Origin: Octopus vulgaris
Taxonomy: Eukaryota
Direction of reading: 5' to 3'
NCBI GenBank assembly: GCA_951406725.2
Contig: OX597828.1
Coordinates: forward strand, 38,440,001-38,504,000
DNA length: 64,000 bases
Shown here: one piece after another, positions 13,054-27,861 of the stretch
Numbering within the stretch: position 1 is the first letter of the stretch
Layout: every line of letters begins with the position of its first letter
Made by a program: the position numbers and the translations under genes
Notes under the pieces: generated by a model
What the model saw: the letters and a program-made list of their open reading frames with translations, nothing else
Told to the model about the DNA's origin: nothing
Database searches by the model: none

Positions 13054-13380
13054 GTGGAGGCGCAATGGCCCAGTGGTTAGGGCAGCGGACTCGCGATCGT
13101 AAGAACGCAGTTTCGATTCCATTGTGAGTGTTTATTGAGCAAAAAACACCTAAGCTCCCCAATGCTCCGGCGGGGGCGGTGAACCCCGCTGTACTCTTTC
13201 ATCACAACTTTCTCTCACTCTTTCTTCCTACTTCTACCGCAAAGCAGAGGAACCATGGTGTAACCCACTATGGGGTGGTAAACTTTCAGACCCTAGTCTA
13301 AATTGCGAATCCTCTGTACTCCATGATGGTTCAGCTCTCCACCCGTTAAAAGCCACCGTTTACGGAATGACGATAACAAC
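13054..13380 (+). mobile_element. tRNA-derived SINE family B, variant body
   Basis: tRNA-like head. Body matches 3955-4273. Confidence 0.85.
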
Positions 13381-13521
13381 GCAGCTTTCGTGCCCGTGCA
13401 ACCACCAGTCTATCGCGTGTGGTGGGTGGATCTTCAAGTTGCCACGCGCATTCTTAGCAGCTTAGAGTAGGCTCTAAGATTAGAGATTATTCTTTGTGGC
13501 TAAAGGCGTGAGTCGTGATTG

Positions 13522-13609
13522 GAAGAAGAAGAAGAAGAAGAAGAAGAAGAAGAAGAAGAAGAAGAAGAAGAAGAAGAAGAAGAAGAAGAAGAAGAAGAAG
13601 AAGAAGAAG
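13522..13609. repeat. (GAA)n microsatellite
   Basis: Perfect GAA run. Confidence 0.98.
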
Positions 13610-13894
13610 ACACCAACAGGGTTGTTATGCATGGTCGTGCACATACGTGCAAGTGTTGGGAGTCGGTGCATGAGCAGATTTCTATTTTTTGTTTTATGTA
13701 TGTTTACTCATACATATAATTGGATGTCTAGACATGTACATATGTACTGATATGCAAAAGTTTTGGATAGTTTTACATATTTTGACAGATCTATTGATGG
13801 TTTGTATCTGTAATCTTCAAATTTGCCTTCTCCTTTCTGAAAACACTAACCTCTGAAGATTGGTACAGAAGCATATTTGTATGTATATGTCTTC

Positions 13895-14240
13895 TATTTT
13901 TTTTTATTATGATAAATCTTCCACTGAGGAGGCAGCCGGCTTCCAATGAAGATACAAGGCTCCATCTTTGAGATGTAGTTAACACAGACAAATTCACATT
14001 TGAAACGTGATAAAAGGCTTGCATATTTTTACTGTTCCACGCACAGATTGCACTTGTAATGTACGAATTAGCTGGTCGATTTCTCTTTCTGAAAATCCCA
14101 GTTTATCCAGATTATCCTTTAAGCATTTACTAACAAAGCCTAGTACTCCAATTATTATTAGTATGAATATGAATTCATAGTCTGGATATAGAAGCTGGAG
14201 GTTTCGAAACAATTGTCCATGGATATCCTCTTTTTCTATG
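13895..14240 (-). mobile_element. 3' end of a further RLE-type LINE family
   Basis: ORF 13994-14212 (LQLLYPDYEFIFILIIIGVLG...LQVQSVRGTVKICK) parallels the RLE C-terminus 'PVIVGALG...IQK..L.ST..I' and abuts (TAA)n. Confidence 0.65.
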
Positions 14241-14290
14241 ATTATTATTATTATTCTATGATTATTATTATTATTATTCTATGATTATTA

Positions 14291-14361
<71 letters not shown>

Positions 14362-16343
14362 TGATAAAAACTCCCAGCTTATTTTGCTGGGTATGGTGGA
14401 AAGTGTCAGCTATCCACAGCCAGCAGACTTAGGTGACACTTGTTTACTGGTCATGCCTCAAGAACCCTGCGATGAATTCTTGCAGTTCCAAATAATGCTG
14501 AGTTTTGTATGTGTTCTATCTTTACATTCGTACCAATATTTATGAGCTTGGTACTAAGTGCTGATACTTCCAAGTGCAGCAATTACTATTGGCACCACAT
14601 CTACTCTCCTCATTGACTACAACCTTCGTATTTTCCACTTCAAATCGTCGTAGTTGTTCAGTTTTCTCTACTTTCTCTTTGATCCTGTTGCCACTGGGAC
14701 ACGCTATGTCGATTATCATACAAGTTCTTTCTTTTTTATCCACTACAACAACGCCCGGTTTCCGATGTTTGGTCAGGTGATCGCATTGAAGCATTGCATC
14801 CCACAGGATTTAGCAATCTTCATTCTCGATGACTCCTGAAATTTGTTCACAAAACGTCTTTGCTCTTTATAGACCGTGATTTCCACAGAGTTCTCAATGG
14901 ATCATTCTTGCCACACTGTCATATCGTCTTTTGTAAACGCGTGGTGCCAAATTCCGGCATTCGTTAACGATGTGCCATACCGTTTCCCACCTCTCACCAT
15001 AATTCTGCATTTGTCGCTCTCAGTAGCGTTGTCGATTCTGCTTTTCACATAGTTAGTCCTTAACGCTTGTTCTAATGCTGTGCATATAAATGCTTCTGTC
15101 TCTATCTTCAGGTCACTCCTCATCATCCATAGCCACCGGTCTTCTGTATCTGTCTTGTTCATATCTCTTGCAAACTGACCGTACATTTTTTCTCCTTCTA
15201 TGCTGTTGTTGTTGTTGTGTTTTTTTGTGTTCTTTTCCTCTTGAAGTTGTTCTTTCTTTACACAATTATCAATTTTGATGACGCCAGACTTCTTCACATG
15301 TTTCAACAATGGTTTCACGGTATTCTTTACATACCACACTAAGTTGCTTTCCTCTACATCGATACAATCCTGGCAACTGATCAAACCTCTCCCAACCTTT
15401 CTTCTGGACAAGTACAGCCTATCGGTGTCACTCTTAGAGTGGAAGGCTCTGTGCACTGTCAATATTTTTCTTGTCTTCGTATGCATGTTCATCAGTTCTT
15501 TGCCAGTTTATGATTCGAGCTCCATACCGTGTATTAACTGCTTCGATTTTATTCCATCCGGTCAATTTTGAACGCAACGCCAATCTTAGTCTTCGGAAAT
15601 ATTCCATCCTCAGTTGTTCTTTCATTTTTTCTCCATGATTTCGTTGAACTCTAGTATGCCAAGGTATTTGTAGCCTTCTTTTTCAATTTGTTTAATTCTC
15701 TATTCGGTAATTCTACCCCTGCCAGGGACTCTATCTTGCCTCTTATCAGGTACATTATACCACACTTCTTGGGTCCGAATTCCATTCTAATATCAGCATT
15801 AAAACAATGGACCGTGTTCCCCAAAGAACTCACTTGTGCCTCATCCTTGCCATACAGCTTCAAATCATCAATGAAGAGGAGGTGGTTGACTGTTTGAGAT
15901 TTTCCCTTTAGCTGATACCCCAGGTTCATTTTCCTAAGTACCAAGGTCAGAGGAATCATGCAGAGATCAAAAAGCAACAGAGATAAACTCTTCTGGTGCC
16001 CAGATTGCCCAAGCTTTGTCCGTAGGATGTCACCTCAGTTTTCCACCTCACCATACTTCTATACAGAAAACACGTTACATTCATCGCAGTTCCGAACAAA
16101 TCTAAACACTCGGTGATCCACGAATGTGGAATCATATCATAAGCCTTACGATAATCAGTCCAGGCCATTCCCAAATTTGTCTTCCGTCGTTTACAATCTT
16201 GCATTACCATTTTATCCATCAATAATTGGTCTTTGGTACCTCTGTATCTCCTCCTACAACCTGTTTGCTCCGTCGGTAACATATCGTTCTCATCAAGAAA
16301 TTTGCACACTTCTGCAATTCCTCCCGGCAGTCACTTCCACATT
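14362..16343 (-). mobile_element. Degenerate R4/Dong-like LINE, second family (frameshifted)
   Basis: Broken ORFs with [42 protein letters not shown] and IIDIACP. (TAA)n flanks. Confidence 0.92.
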
Positions 16344-16368
16344 AATATTATTATTATTATTATTATCA

Positions 16369-17132
<764 letters not shown>

Positions 17133-17609
17133 CAGCGCTACCACTGCCACAACCACCAGGTATCACAGGTATCTTCACAAGTGCCACCTTCGCAATCAAC
17201 ATCGCTCCCCACCACCACCACCACCACCACCACCAACCCGTCATCTCTGCCCCTGTGGCAAATAAAAGAATTTATTCTTACCTTAACAATCGCCGCCACC
17301 ATTGCCACCACCTTCCCGGCCACTGTCTTCAACCCCCGCCACCCTCCACAACTATCGCCATCGCCGCCCCCCCACCACCGTCGTAAACCAGCGCTGTTGT
17401 TATTATGGGAAGCAAAATCAGTCAGCTCCAGTACATCCCTGCATCATACACGTCATCCGTTCATCATCAATACTCATAAAGCCGCCGACGCCGCCGCCGC
17501 CACCATCTGCACCGCCCCCTACCAACACTACAGCCAACAAACTGCACTGGTTGTAGGAAAACACCAACATACATACACATACGCAAGCATACACACAAAC
17601 TTAACACAC

Positions 17610-18555
<946 letters not shown>

Positions 18556-18586
18556 GGCAGGCAGACAGAAAGACACACAGACAGAC

Positions 18587-18661
<75 letters not shown>

Positions 18662-18925
18662 GAAAGAGAGATATAGGTAGGTAGGTAGGTAGATAGAAGA
18701 TAGATAGGTAGATAGATAGCTAGATAGACGCACAGACAGGCAGACAGGTAGACAAACAGACAGTTTGATACAGAAATAGATTTGGGAGTTTGTGTTTATA
18801 AAGAGCCTTAATAAACACTTGATAACAAAAGCCGATAAGGGACGCAATACAGAGCCGCTGTGGTGGAAGCTTCGAAGTTACAATCACCGTGCATTTCGTT
18901 TGAACATACATACATACATACATAC

Positions 18926-19139
18926 GGTACTACTTTAGAAGAATGGTCCCGGTGCGCGCACTCGTGTACTCGCGCATCCGCGCTAGCAAGTCGTGACTAG
19001 TCGATCCTACAACAACTACCTAGCAAAGTAAATAAAACACACAAAAACACAAAGTAAGGATCGATTAGACACGACTAGCTAGCGCGGATGCGCGACTACG
19101 CGAGTGCGCGCAACGGGACCACACTTCTTAAATAGTACC
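18926..19139. mobile_element. MITE-like element with long imperfect terminal inverted repeats
   Basis: GGTACTA..AGAAG..TGGTCCCG.TGCGCGCACTCG...CATCCGCGCTAGC is mirrored at 19055-19139. Confidence 0.75.
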
Positions 19140-19647
19140 CATACATACATACACACACATGCATACATACACACCATCCACACACGCACGCACACGCAGG
19201 CACACACACACACACACACACACACATGATGCATACATGCGCATACACGCATCTTCATATACATGTACACTTCACACGCGACTTATTCATTTCGTAAAGC
19301 CATTAGCAGCGGCAAGGTAAGTATTTTCCATGCTCATATTACTAGCCGTATGCTGTCCTCGTTTTGTTTCAGTTGTTTTGTTGTTGTTGCAGTTGTTGTT
19401 GTTACTGCTGTTGCTATTATTGTTGATGTTGTTACTGTTGCTGTCGTTTAGCCCCAGGTCATCCCTGGTCCTAGAGGTCCACGATCAAAGGTATTATCGT
19501 CTTGGCTTCTCATATCTCTTAACGTGTTCAGACATATTAACAGAATCACATCACCCAGTATAACATTCGTTTTATTTACGGACGGTAGGATGTGATTTGA
19601 GGCAGCACTTAACTGCTATTTCTAACAGGACTTGTAATGATGCAGAT

Positions 19648-19706
<59 letters not shown>

Positions 19707-19989
19707 ATCTATCTATTTGTCTGTCTGTCTTTCTCCCTACCCGTTATCATTGTAATCGTTGTGAAAGTCTACTTCGTAATTGTTCACTCGGTCAACTCCA
19801 AACGAGCAGACCTCTATCATCAAGGCCTTTCCATCGATGACCATCCTGCCTTAAAATGCATGATATATCATGCCTACGGGAGATGTTGATTCGTTTCCCA
19901 CGGCCAGCCTTAATTTTTTTCCAATCCAAAAGGTATCTTCAACCCAGTGTTTACAAGCATCGAGATTCACTGTTCCAAAAAGGAATCTT

Positions 19990-20310
19990 ACACACATACA
20001 TACAAACATACAAACATACATACATACATACATATATGCATTCATATAAATATACATACATACATACATACATACATTCATATATACATGCATACATACA
20101 TATATACATACACACACACACACACATACATACATTCATACACACATACAAACATACATACATACATACATACATACATACATACATACACACATACATA
20201 CATACACACACACATACATACACACACACACACATACATACATACATACATACATACACACACACACATACATACATACATACATACATACATACATACA
20301 TACATACATA
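19990..20310. repeat. (CATA)/(CA) compound microsatellite
   Basis: Direct inspection. Confidence 0.97.
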
Positions 20311-20337
20311 AATACTATGACTTCATCTCACGGTGAA

Positions 20338-20895
20338 AGGCGGCGTGCTGGCAGACACGTTAGCACGCCGGCCGGAATGCTTAGCCGTATTTCAGCTGCC
20401 GTTACGTTCTAAGTTCAAATTCCGCCGAGGTCGACTTCGCCTTTCATCCTTTCGGGGTCGGTAAATTAAGTAGCAGTAACGTACTGAGGTCGATGTAATC
20501 GACTTAATACCTTTGTCTGTCCTTGTTTGTCCCCTCTATGTTTAGCCCCTTGTGGGCAATAGAGAAATAAGAAACGTTAGCACGCCGGGCGAAATGCTTA
20601 GCAGTATTTCGTCTGTCTTTATGTTCTGAGTTCAAATTCCATCTATGTCGACTTTGCCTTTCATCCTTTCGGGGTTGATAAATGAAGTACCAGTTGTGTA
20701 CTGGGGTAGATCTAATCGGCTGGCCCCCTCTCCAAAAATTTCGGGCCTTGTGCCTAGAGTAGAAAAAGAATCGTTAGCACGCTGGACGAAATGCTTAGCG
20801 ATATTTCGCCAGTCGCTATGCTCTGATTTCAAATTCCGCCGAAGTCGACTTTACTTTTCATCCTTTCGGGGTAGATAAATTAAGTACCAGTGAAA
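20338..20895 (+). mobile_element. Three head-to-tail SINE family C modules
   Basis: CGTTAGCACGC...TCATCCTTTCGGGG...AAGTA(C/G)CAG occurs three times. Confidence 0.85.
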
Positions 20896-21119
20896 CACTG
20901 GTACTCACACTGAAGAAGTGTGATTTGAAGAAGGTTTAGCTGTTGTTTCTTGTAGGTCTAGCAACCTTGTTAATTCTGCTTACATTATTTACATGTTTAT
21001 TGAAGTATAAATTATGTATTAAGTTTATTTATTAAACCCTTTCATCCTTTCAATTGTTAAAACTGCCTATTAAGGTTACATAATTAAATAATTTAATTAA
21101 ACGACTTATCGGAAGCTAT

Positions 21120-21372
21120 GTTTGTTTGTTTCTTCTCGAGCCATGCCGGTTTCCTTGGCGTATAGGTTCCCCACCTGGACGGGATGCCGGTCCGTCGCAG
21201 GTGAGCTGCAAGAGGAAAGAATGAGAGAAAGTTGTGGAGAAAGAGTCAGCAGAAGTTCGCCATTACCTTCTGCTGGAGCTTAGGTGTTTCGCTCATAAAC
21301 ACACACATCGCCCGGTCTGAGATTCGAACCCGCGATCCCTCTGCTCTAACCACTAGGCCATGTGCCTCCACT
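21120..21372 (-). mobile_element. tRNA-derived SINE family B2 (internally deleted)
   Basis: Reverse complement of the element at 42774-43076. Confidence 0.8.
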
Positions 21373-21517
21373 ATCAAAAACTGCCTAAATAATTATTCTT
21401 TAAAGCTATTCAAGTGAAAGCTCGTAATGTAGTGGTTACGGTATTGCCTCATAAGCGTAGGATCGCGGTTTCGATTCTCGAACCGGGCAGTGAGTGGTAT
21501 TTCATTTTCCGTTACAC

Positions 21518-21685
21518 CACTAGCGTAGCTACAGTGTGTGCCGCCCGGGGCGGCTCTTCCGTTTGCCTCCCCTGGACCCCAAAAAAACATATTGCCTGCA
21601 GCAGACCGAAATGTGGTGCCCCTTTAAAAATTCCGCCCGGGGCGGACCGCCCCTACTCCTACACCACACACCAGCTACGCTTGTG
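21518..21685. mobile_element. MITE with 8-bp TSD (hAT/P-type) nested in an old SINE
   Basis: TIR CACTAGCGTAGCT/AGCTACGCTTGTG. TSD CGTTACAC at 21510-21517 and 21686-21693. Confidence 0.85.
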
Positions 21686-22336
21686 CGTTACACTTCATTT
21701 CCGTTCCACTCCATCGTAAATGAGTTCCAGCAAAAGCTGGGAAGTTAATTTTGCTGTGGACTAGCGTTCCATTCAGGAGAAGTGTTATCATCTGACTCTT
21801 CTTTCACGTCATGGAGACAAGGTTAAGTGCGAACCCTAAAACAAATTTTTCATTAAGACAACAGAAAGCAGAGTGCGTCAGATGCGGTCCCAAGAATTTT
21901 TCGAAGATGGGTCTCAAGGTCAGAAGGGAATACAATTCCAGGAGAAAATGGCGTAATAACATTATTTACAAGGGCACACTTTCATCCCCTTCTCTCCTGC
22001 CAATCCTTAGGTCCGCCCCTGTGTATGACTGTTCTAGAACGTCATACGATTTTGGGAGTAAGCGCTCTGATAGGGGTTTTGCCAGGTGAAACACTTCTTT
22101 GGATGTAATTTTCAAGGATGATCTGAATATACCTTTGGTGTGGGTTCCAATCAGCTACACATCACCGTGCTTGACTGGTACTTTATTTATCGACTCCGAA
22201 AGGATGAACAGCAAAGTCGGCATTGGTAGAATTTGAACGCCGAATGCAAAGAACCGAAAGAAATACCGGTAAGCATTTGGGCCCGACGCGCTAGCGATAT
22301 TGCCAGCTGGCCGTGCATGATGAAAATATAAATAAC

Positions 22337-22507
22337 AGGCGCAGGAGTGGCTGTGTGGTAAGTAGCTTGCTAACCAACCACATGGTTCCGGGTTCAGTCC
22401 CACTGCGTGGCATCTTGAGCAAGTGTCTTCTGCTATAGCCCCGGGCCGACCAATGCCTTGTGAGTGGATTTGGTAGACGGAAACTGAAAGAAGCCTGTCG
22501 TATATAT

Positions 22508-22545
<38 letters not shown>

Positions 22546-22776
22546 TTGTGTGTCTGTGTTTGTCCCCCTAGCATTGCTTGACAACCGATGCTGGTGTGTT
22601 TATGTCCCCGTCACTTAGTGGTTCGGCAAAAGAGACTGATAGAATAAGTACTGGGCTTACAAAGAATAAGTCCTGGGGTCGATTTGCTCGACTAAAGGCG
22701 GTGCTCCGGCATGGCTGCAGTCAAAATGACTGAAAACAAGTAAAAGAGAGAAAGAGAGAAAGAGAGAAAGAGAGAG
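22337..22776 (+). mobile_element. SINE family A, full length
   Basis: tRNA-like head, internal microsatellite and (AAAGAGAG)n tail. Confidence 0.9.
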
Positions 22777-22836
22777 GCTTTCATAAATTTTTGTGGAAAC
22801 CTTAACTTATATTAGTAAACAGCTAATATAAGTTAA

Positions 22837-23212
22837 GGCGTAAGAGTCGCTGTGTGGTAAGTAGCTTGCTTACGACCTACATGGTTCCGGTTCAGTGGCA
22901 CCTTGGGCAAGTGTCTTCTTCTTTAGCCTCGGGATTTGGTAGACGGAAACTGAAAGAAGCCCGTCGTATATATGTATGTGTGTGTGTGTGTATGTTTGTG
23001 TATCTGTGTTTGTCCCCCCCAACATCGCTTGACAGCCGCTGCTGGTGTGTTTACGTCCCAGTAACTTAGTGGTTCGGCGAAAGAGACCGATAAAATAAGT
23101 ACTAGGCTTACAAAGAATAAGTCCTCGGGTCGATTTGCTCGACTAAAGGCGGTGCTCCGGCATGGCCGCAGTCAAATGACTGAAACAAGTAAAAGAGTAA
23201 AAGAGTAAAGAG
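22837..23212 (+). mobile_element. SINE family A
   Basis: As the previous copy, with small deletions and a (TAAAAGAG)n tail. Confidence 0.88.
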
Positions 23213-23451
23213 TTACTGTGGCACGTCTAGATAGCCCTTGTGACGAGCAGTTGTTGGAATAACATTATCATTTAGCATAGTTGTTTGAGGACCGTTGCTC
23301 AAGAGTAGCTCCTCCACCCACTAGAAATAGTAGCCAAATCGCCTTCAAATCTTAAGAAGCAGTCGTTAAAAGAGCACGTTAGACCATGTGCGTAAGGTAC
23401 AGTTATCAAAAGCAAAAGATGGTATGATCATATTTGGATTCTCTTTGGTCA

Positions 23452-23612
23452 TTGCTGGGTATGGTGGAAAGTGTCAGCTGTCCACAGGCAGCAGACTAAG
23501 GTGACACATTCTTCAAGAACCCTGCGAAGAATTTCATGCAGTTCCAAGCAATGCTAATTTTTGTTGGTATTCCATCTTTACATTTGCACCAATCTTTTTG
23601 AGCCATGCTGGT
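23452..23612 (-). mobile_element. 3' UTR fragment of the second Dong-like family
   Basis: Matches 14383-14550 (TGCTGGGTATGGTGGAAAGTGTCAGCT...) and abuts (TTA)n. Confidence 0.8.
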
Positions 23613-23627
23613 AATTATTATTATTAC

Positions 23628-23697
<70 letters not shown>

Positions 23698-23724
23698 TCG
23701 GTGGACGAAATGCTTAGTAGAGTC

Positions 23725-24460
23725 AGTTGGGCACCGTCTGTAAGAAACACAGCACCATGACGCAATTCACTCTACCAGAAATTTGGAAACGACATGCTGT
23801 ACTGCTTGGCATTCGCGCCGGAAGCTCCAATACGAACGTTTCAGAGTGTTTGCGTGTCAATCTGAGGACATGTACCGAGACTGATGAAAACCAAACATCT
23901 ATTTAACATCATGGTGTTTAGAGTGATCACTAGTAATGGCGACGTTATGCTTTCATTCATCTTCCCACGCGGCCTCACACACAACATGGAGGCCTACATC
24001 AAGTGTCTGCAAGACGTAGCGCTGCCCTGGGTCAAGAAGGCGGCTGCTGGAACATCCTATGGTTGGCAACAGGACTCTGCACCATGCCACACAAGCAGTA
24101 GAACCCAGTCATGACTCTCAGACAATTTCTGCGACCGCATCACCCCTAACTCGCCAGACTGCAGCCCTCTTAATTATTATGTGTGGAGCGCAGTTGAGCA
24201 AGATACCAACAAAATTCCTAGTAACATCAAAGATGAACTGAAAGCAAGGATTATGGCAGCATTCCCCAACTTAAACAAGGAGACCGTCCAGATAGTTGCA
24301 GGAGATTCCAACGTCGTCTGGAGGCCGTGGTTGAAGCCATTGGCGAATTTATTGAATAAATTTATTCTTAAGTATTTCAAGATATTTTCAATGTAATTTT
24401 GGTAAATATATCTGTTAAAATGAGATGTCAGTGTTATTTTCATTTTTGCGTAATTTAGAC
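23725..24460 (+). mobile_element. Tc1/mariner superfamily (DD37D/maT-like) transposase remnant
   Basis: KTKH..IMVF.VITS.GDVM, WQQDSAPCHTS, then a decayed PNSPDC.PL.YYVW motif. Confidence 0.85.
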
Positions 24461-24953
24461 AGTTTATTCTATATATAGGAGTGATGTGTGGTAAGTAGCT
24501 TGTTTACCAACCACATGGTTCCGGGTTCAGTCCCACTGCGTGGCACCTTGGGCAAGTGTCTTCTACTATAGCCTCGGGCCGACCAAAGCCTTGTGAGTGG
24601 ATTTGGTAGACGGAAACTGAAAGAAGCCCGTCGTATATATGTATATATATGCGCGCGCGTGTGTGTGTGTGTGCGCGCGTATGCATGTACGCATGTTTTT
24701 CTTTGAGTTTCACTTAAGTTCTTCTTAAGAGAATTTAAGCTGGCCGCTAACAAAGCGACAAGACTTTGTGAGTTACAAGAGCTCCTGGTGTTTGTAAGCG
24801 TGTGGTTGGATTAGTATGTCGGTTGAGCTGTCGATGCATACACGCAAGTGTGTGCCTCTGTTCATCTAAAGCATCTCAGATGGGGAATCTTTGGAATGTC
24901 ATACAGATTTTCACTAATAGATTCGATTCGGAAAATCAGTCAGTTTCTTTTAC

Positions 24954-24954
<1 letters not shown>

Positions 24955-24986
<32 letters not shown>

Positions 24987-25610
24987 TGTATGTATGTGTG
25001 TGTATGTATGTATGTATGTATGTATGTATGTATGTATGTATGTGTGTGTATGTATGTATGTATGTATGTATGTATGTATGTATGTATGTATGTATGTGTG
25101 TGTATGTATGTATGTATGTATGTATGTATGTATGTATGTATGTGTGTGTATGTATGTATGTATGTATGTATGTATGTATGTGTGTATGTATGTATATATG
25201 TATGTATATACGTATTCATGTATGTATGCATGTATGTATGCATGCATATATGTATGTATATACATATGTATGTATGTTTCTATATATGCATGTATGTATA
25301 TATGTACGTATGTATGTATGTATGTGTGTATGTATGTGTGTATGTATGTATGTGTGTATGCATGTATGTATGTTCGCATGTATGTATGCGTGCATAGATG
25401 TTTATATATATGTATCTATATATCTATCTATGTGTGTGTATGTATGTATGTATGTACGTATGTAAGCATGTATGTATGTAAGCGTGCATAGATGTTTATA
25501 TATATATGTATCTATCTATCTATGTGTGTATGTATATGTCTGTATGTGTGCATGTATGTATGTATGTATGTATGTATGTATGTATGTATGTATGTATGTA
25601 TGTACGTATG
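24955..25610. repeat. (TATG)n compound microsatellite
   Basis: Direct inspection. Confidence 0.97.
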
Positions 25611-25875
25611 ATCCGTTGGGATGTCTTTTTGCGACTGCAGAATCGTGGCCAGTCACAAACAACGTGGCAACGCTCTTTTGTTTAAGTTAAGATAACTCTT
25701 GGGGTTCGAGATTAACTGGATCAGTCTCGATGTAAGCACACGTATATGAGCGCCGGCGATTTTGTAAGTATCATCGAAATTCGTTGATGTAAGCAGATAT
25801 GTGTGTGCGCAGAGATTAACTTGAATTCGTGTGGTGGGTGTACGTGTCACGTTAGAAAGCGGGCGAGGTGTGGGG

Positions 25876-25926
<51 letters not shown>

Positions 25927-26394
25927 TGTGTGTGTGTGTGTGTGTATCCATGCGTGTGTACTTGATTAGTGTGTATATGTGTATATGCATGTGGTGTCCC
26001 ATATGAATGTGACCGTGAGCATATATTCACGCAGAAACCTCAATGGTGAATGCTTTGTATGTATGGATGGATGGATGGATGGATGGATGGATGGATGGAA
26101 AAGAGAAAGCGAGGTGGGGAGACGTTTACATTATTTTTAATCTGATCAACCTGAACGTCTGCATGTTTTGTCGACAAAATAAAGCGTGAGGATTACCTCC
26201 TATAGTTACGACTCTAAGACTATTAATTGAAGAAGTATTACAAAATTAGCAATACTGCAGACACGTGGGTTATTAATTAATCTACGCCACTGTATTTGCA
26301 CTTTTGTATTTGTGGCAGTCAATCAATCTTATACCGTTAATGATATGAAATGATTAGTGTCTGGCACAATTCTGTTAATATTTTAATAAGTTTT

Positions 26395-26940
26395 TTTCGT
26401 CTGTCTTTACGTTTTGAGTTCAAATTTCGCCGAGGTCGACTTTGCCTTTCATCCATTCGGGGTCGATTAAATAAGTACCAGTTACGCACTGGGGTCGATG
26501 TAATCGACTTAATCCCTTTGTTGTCCCCTCTATGTTTAGCCCCCTGTGGGCTATAAAGAAATAAGTATTTTTGTAAGTAGAAGGCGGCGAGCTGGCAGAA
26601 ACGTTAGCACGCCGGGCGAAATGCTTAGCGGTATTTCGTCTGCCGTTACGTTGTGAGTTCAAATTCCGCCGAGGTCGACTTTGCCTTTCATCCTTTCGGG
26701 GTCGATAAATTAAGTACCAGTTACGCACTGGGGTTGATGTAATCGACTTAATACCTATGTCTGTCCTTGTTTGTCCCCTCTGTGTTTAGCCCCTTGTTGG
26801 TAATAAAGAAATAGGTATTTCGTCCGTCTTTACGTTCTGAGTTCAAATTCCACCGAGATTGACTTTATCTTTCATCCTTTCGGGGTCAATAAAATAAGTA
26901 CCGGTTGAAGACTGGAGTCGAAGTATTCGACTTATCCCCT
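26395..26940 (+). mobile_element. SINE family C, tandem/dimeric modules
   Basis: Full head GGCGGCGAGCTGGCAGAAACGTTAGC at 26583 and three core copies. Confidence 0.88.
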
Positions 26941-27095
26941 CTGCTTTACTTCAACATCATGGAAGGGAGAAAGGATGAGGATAGGTAAATCCTGATGAGG
27001 TTTTAAATAACAACGTAAATGCCCTGTTCAAGCCTCATACAAAACAGCAAAAAGGCCCTCGTGTGCCTAAAATGATACACCTAAATATAAATTTC

Positions 27096-27159
<64 letters not shown>

Positions 27160-27317
27160 TCAGATAAGAGGAAAAAATCTATCAGAAAGGAACTCTATCT
27201 CTCTTAAAAAAATATCTTTTGATAAGCATAACAAATGCGCAACCGGTAAAAAGAACTTTCACCTAATTAAATTACTTAAATTACTTAAATTATTTTGTCA
27301 GCATTTTCTTCATTTCC

Positions 27318-27363
<46 letters not shown>

Positions 27364-27500
27364 TATGAACCAATGTCTTGTGAGTGGATTTGGTAGATGG
27401 AAACTGTGGTGTGTGTGTGTGTGTGTGTGTGTGTACGCATATACAGGGTTAACAAAAAGTTACCCGACATTAAATCAAAATTCCATAAATACTTAATATT

Positions 27501-27566
<66 letters not shown>

Positions 27567-27582
27567 GTGTGTGTGTGTGTGT

Positions 27583-27795
27583 GTGTAAATATAATATGTG
27601 ACAATTATTCGGTAGCCATGATAAAACTCCGAGTTTCGGATGTCGGGGCGAAAACCCACGCCGGCATCTCTTCAGTTATCGGGTCATCATGACTACCGAA
27701 TAATTCTCACATATTATATTTACAGATAAATTCTTCTTTTTACATAATATCGAGGTCTCTTTCATTCTTTTGTTGTCTTGCCATTTCTATTAATA
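27583..27795. mobile_element. Fold-back Penelope-like element
   Basis: Inverted arms at ~27583-27622 and ~27686-27724. Homologous to 5542-5845 and set in (TG)/(TA)n. Confidence 0.65.
27620..27680 (-). ncRNA. Candidate type I hammerhead ribozyme
   Basis: Minus strand reads GATAA-CTGAAGA-GATGCCGG...CCGACATC-C-GAAAC-TCGGA-GTT-TTATC: stem I GATAA/TTATC, CUGANGA and GAAA cores, stem II and a short near-palindromic stem III. Confidence 0.6.
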
Positions 27796-27861
27796 TATAT
27801 ATATATAATTAAATGAAGAAAGCTATCGATACCTTCTTGGTTTTGTTGTTTTTTCTTTTTG

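Noticed and set aside
19300-19325. Isolated strong splice donors (AAG|GTAAGT at ~19317; minus-strand CAG|GTAAGG at ~3420)
   Set aside because: No partner acceptor or coding frame could be established.
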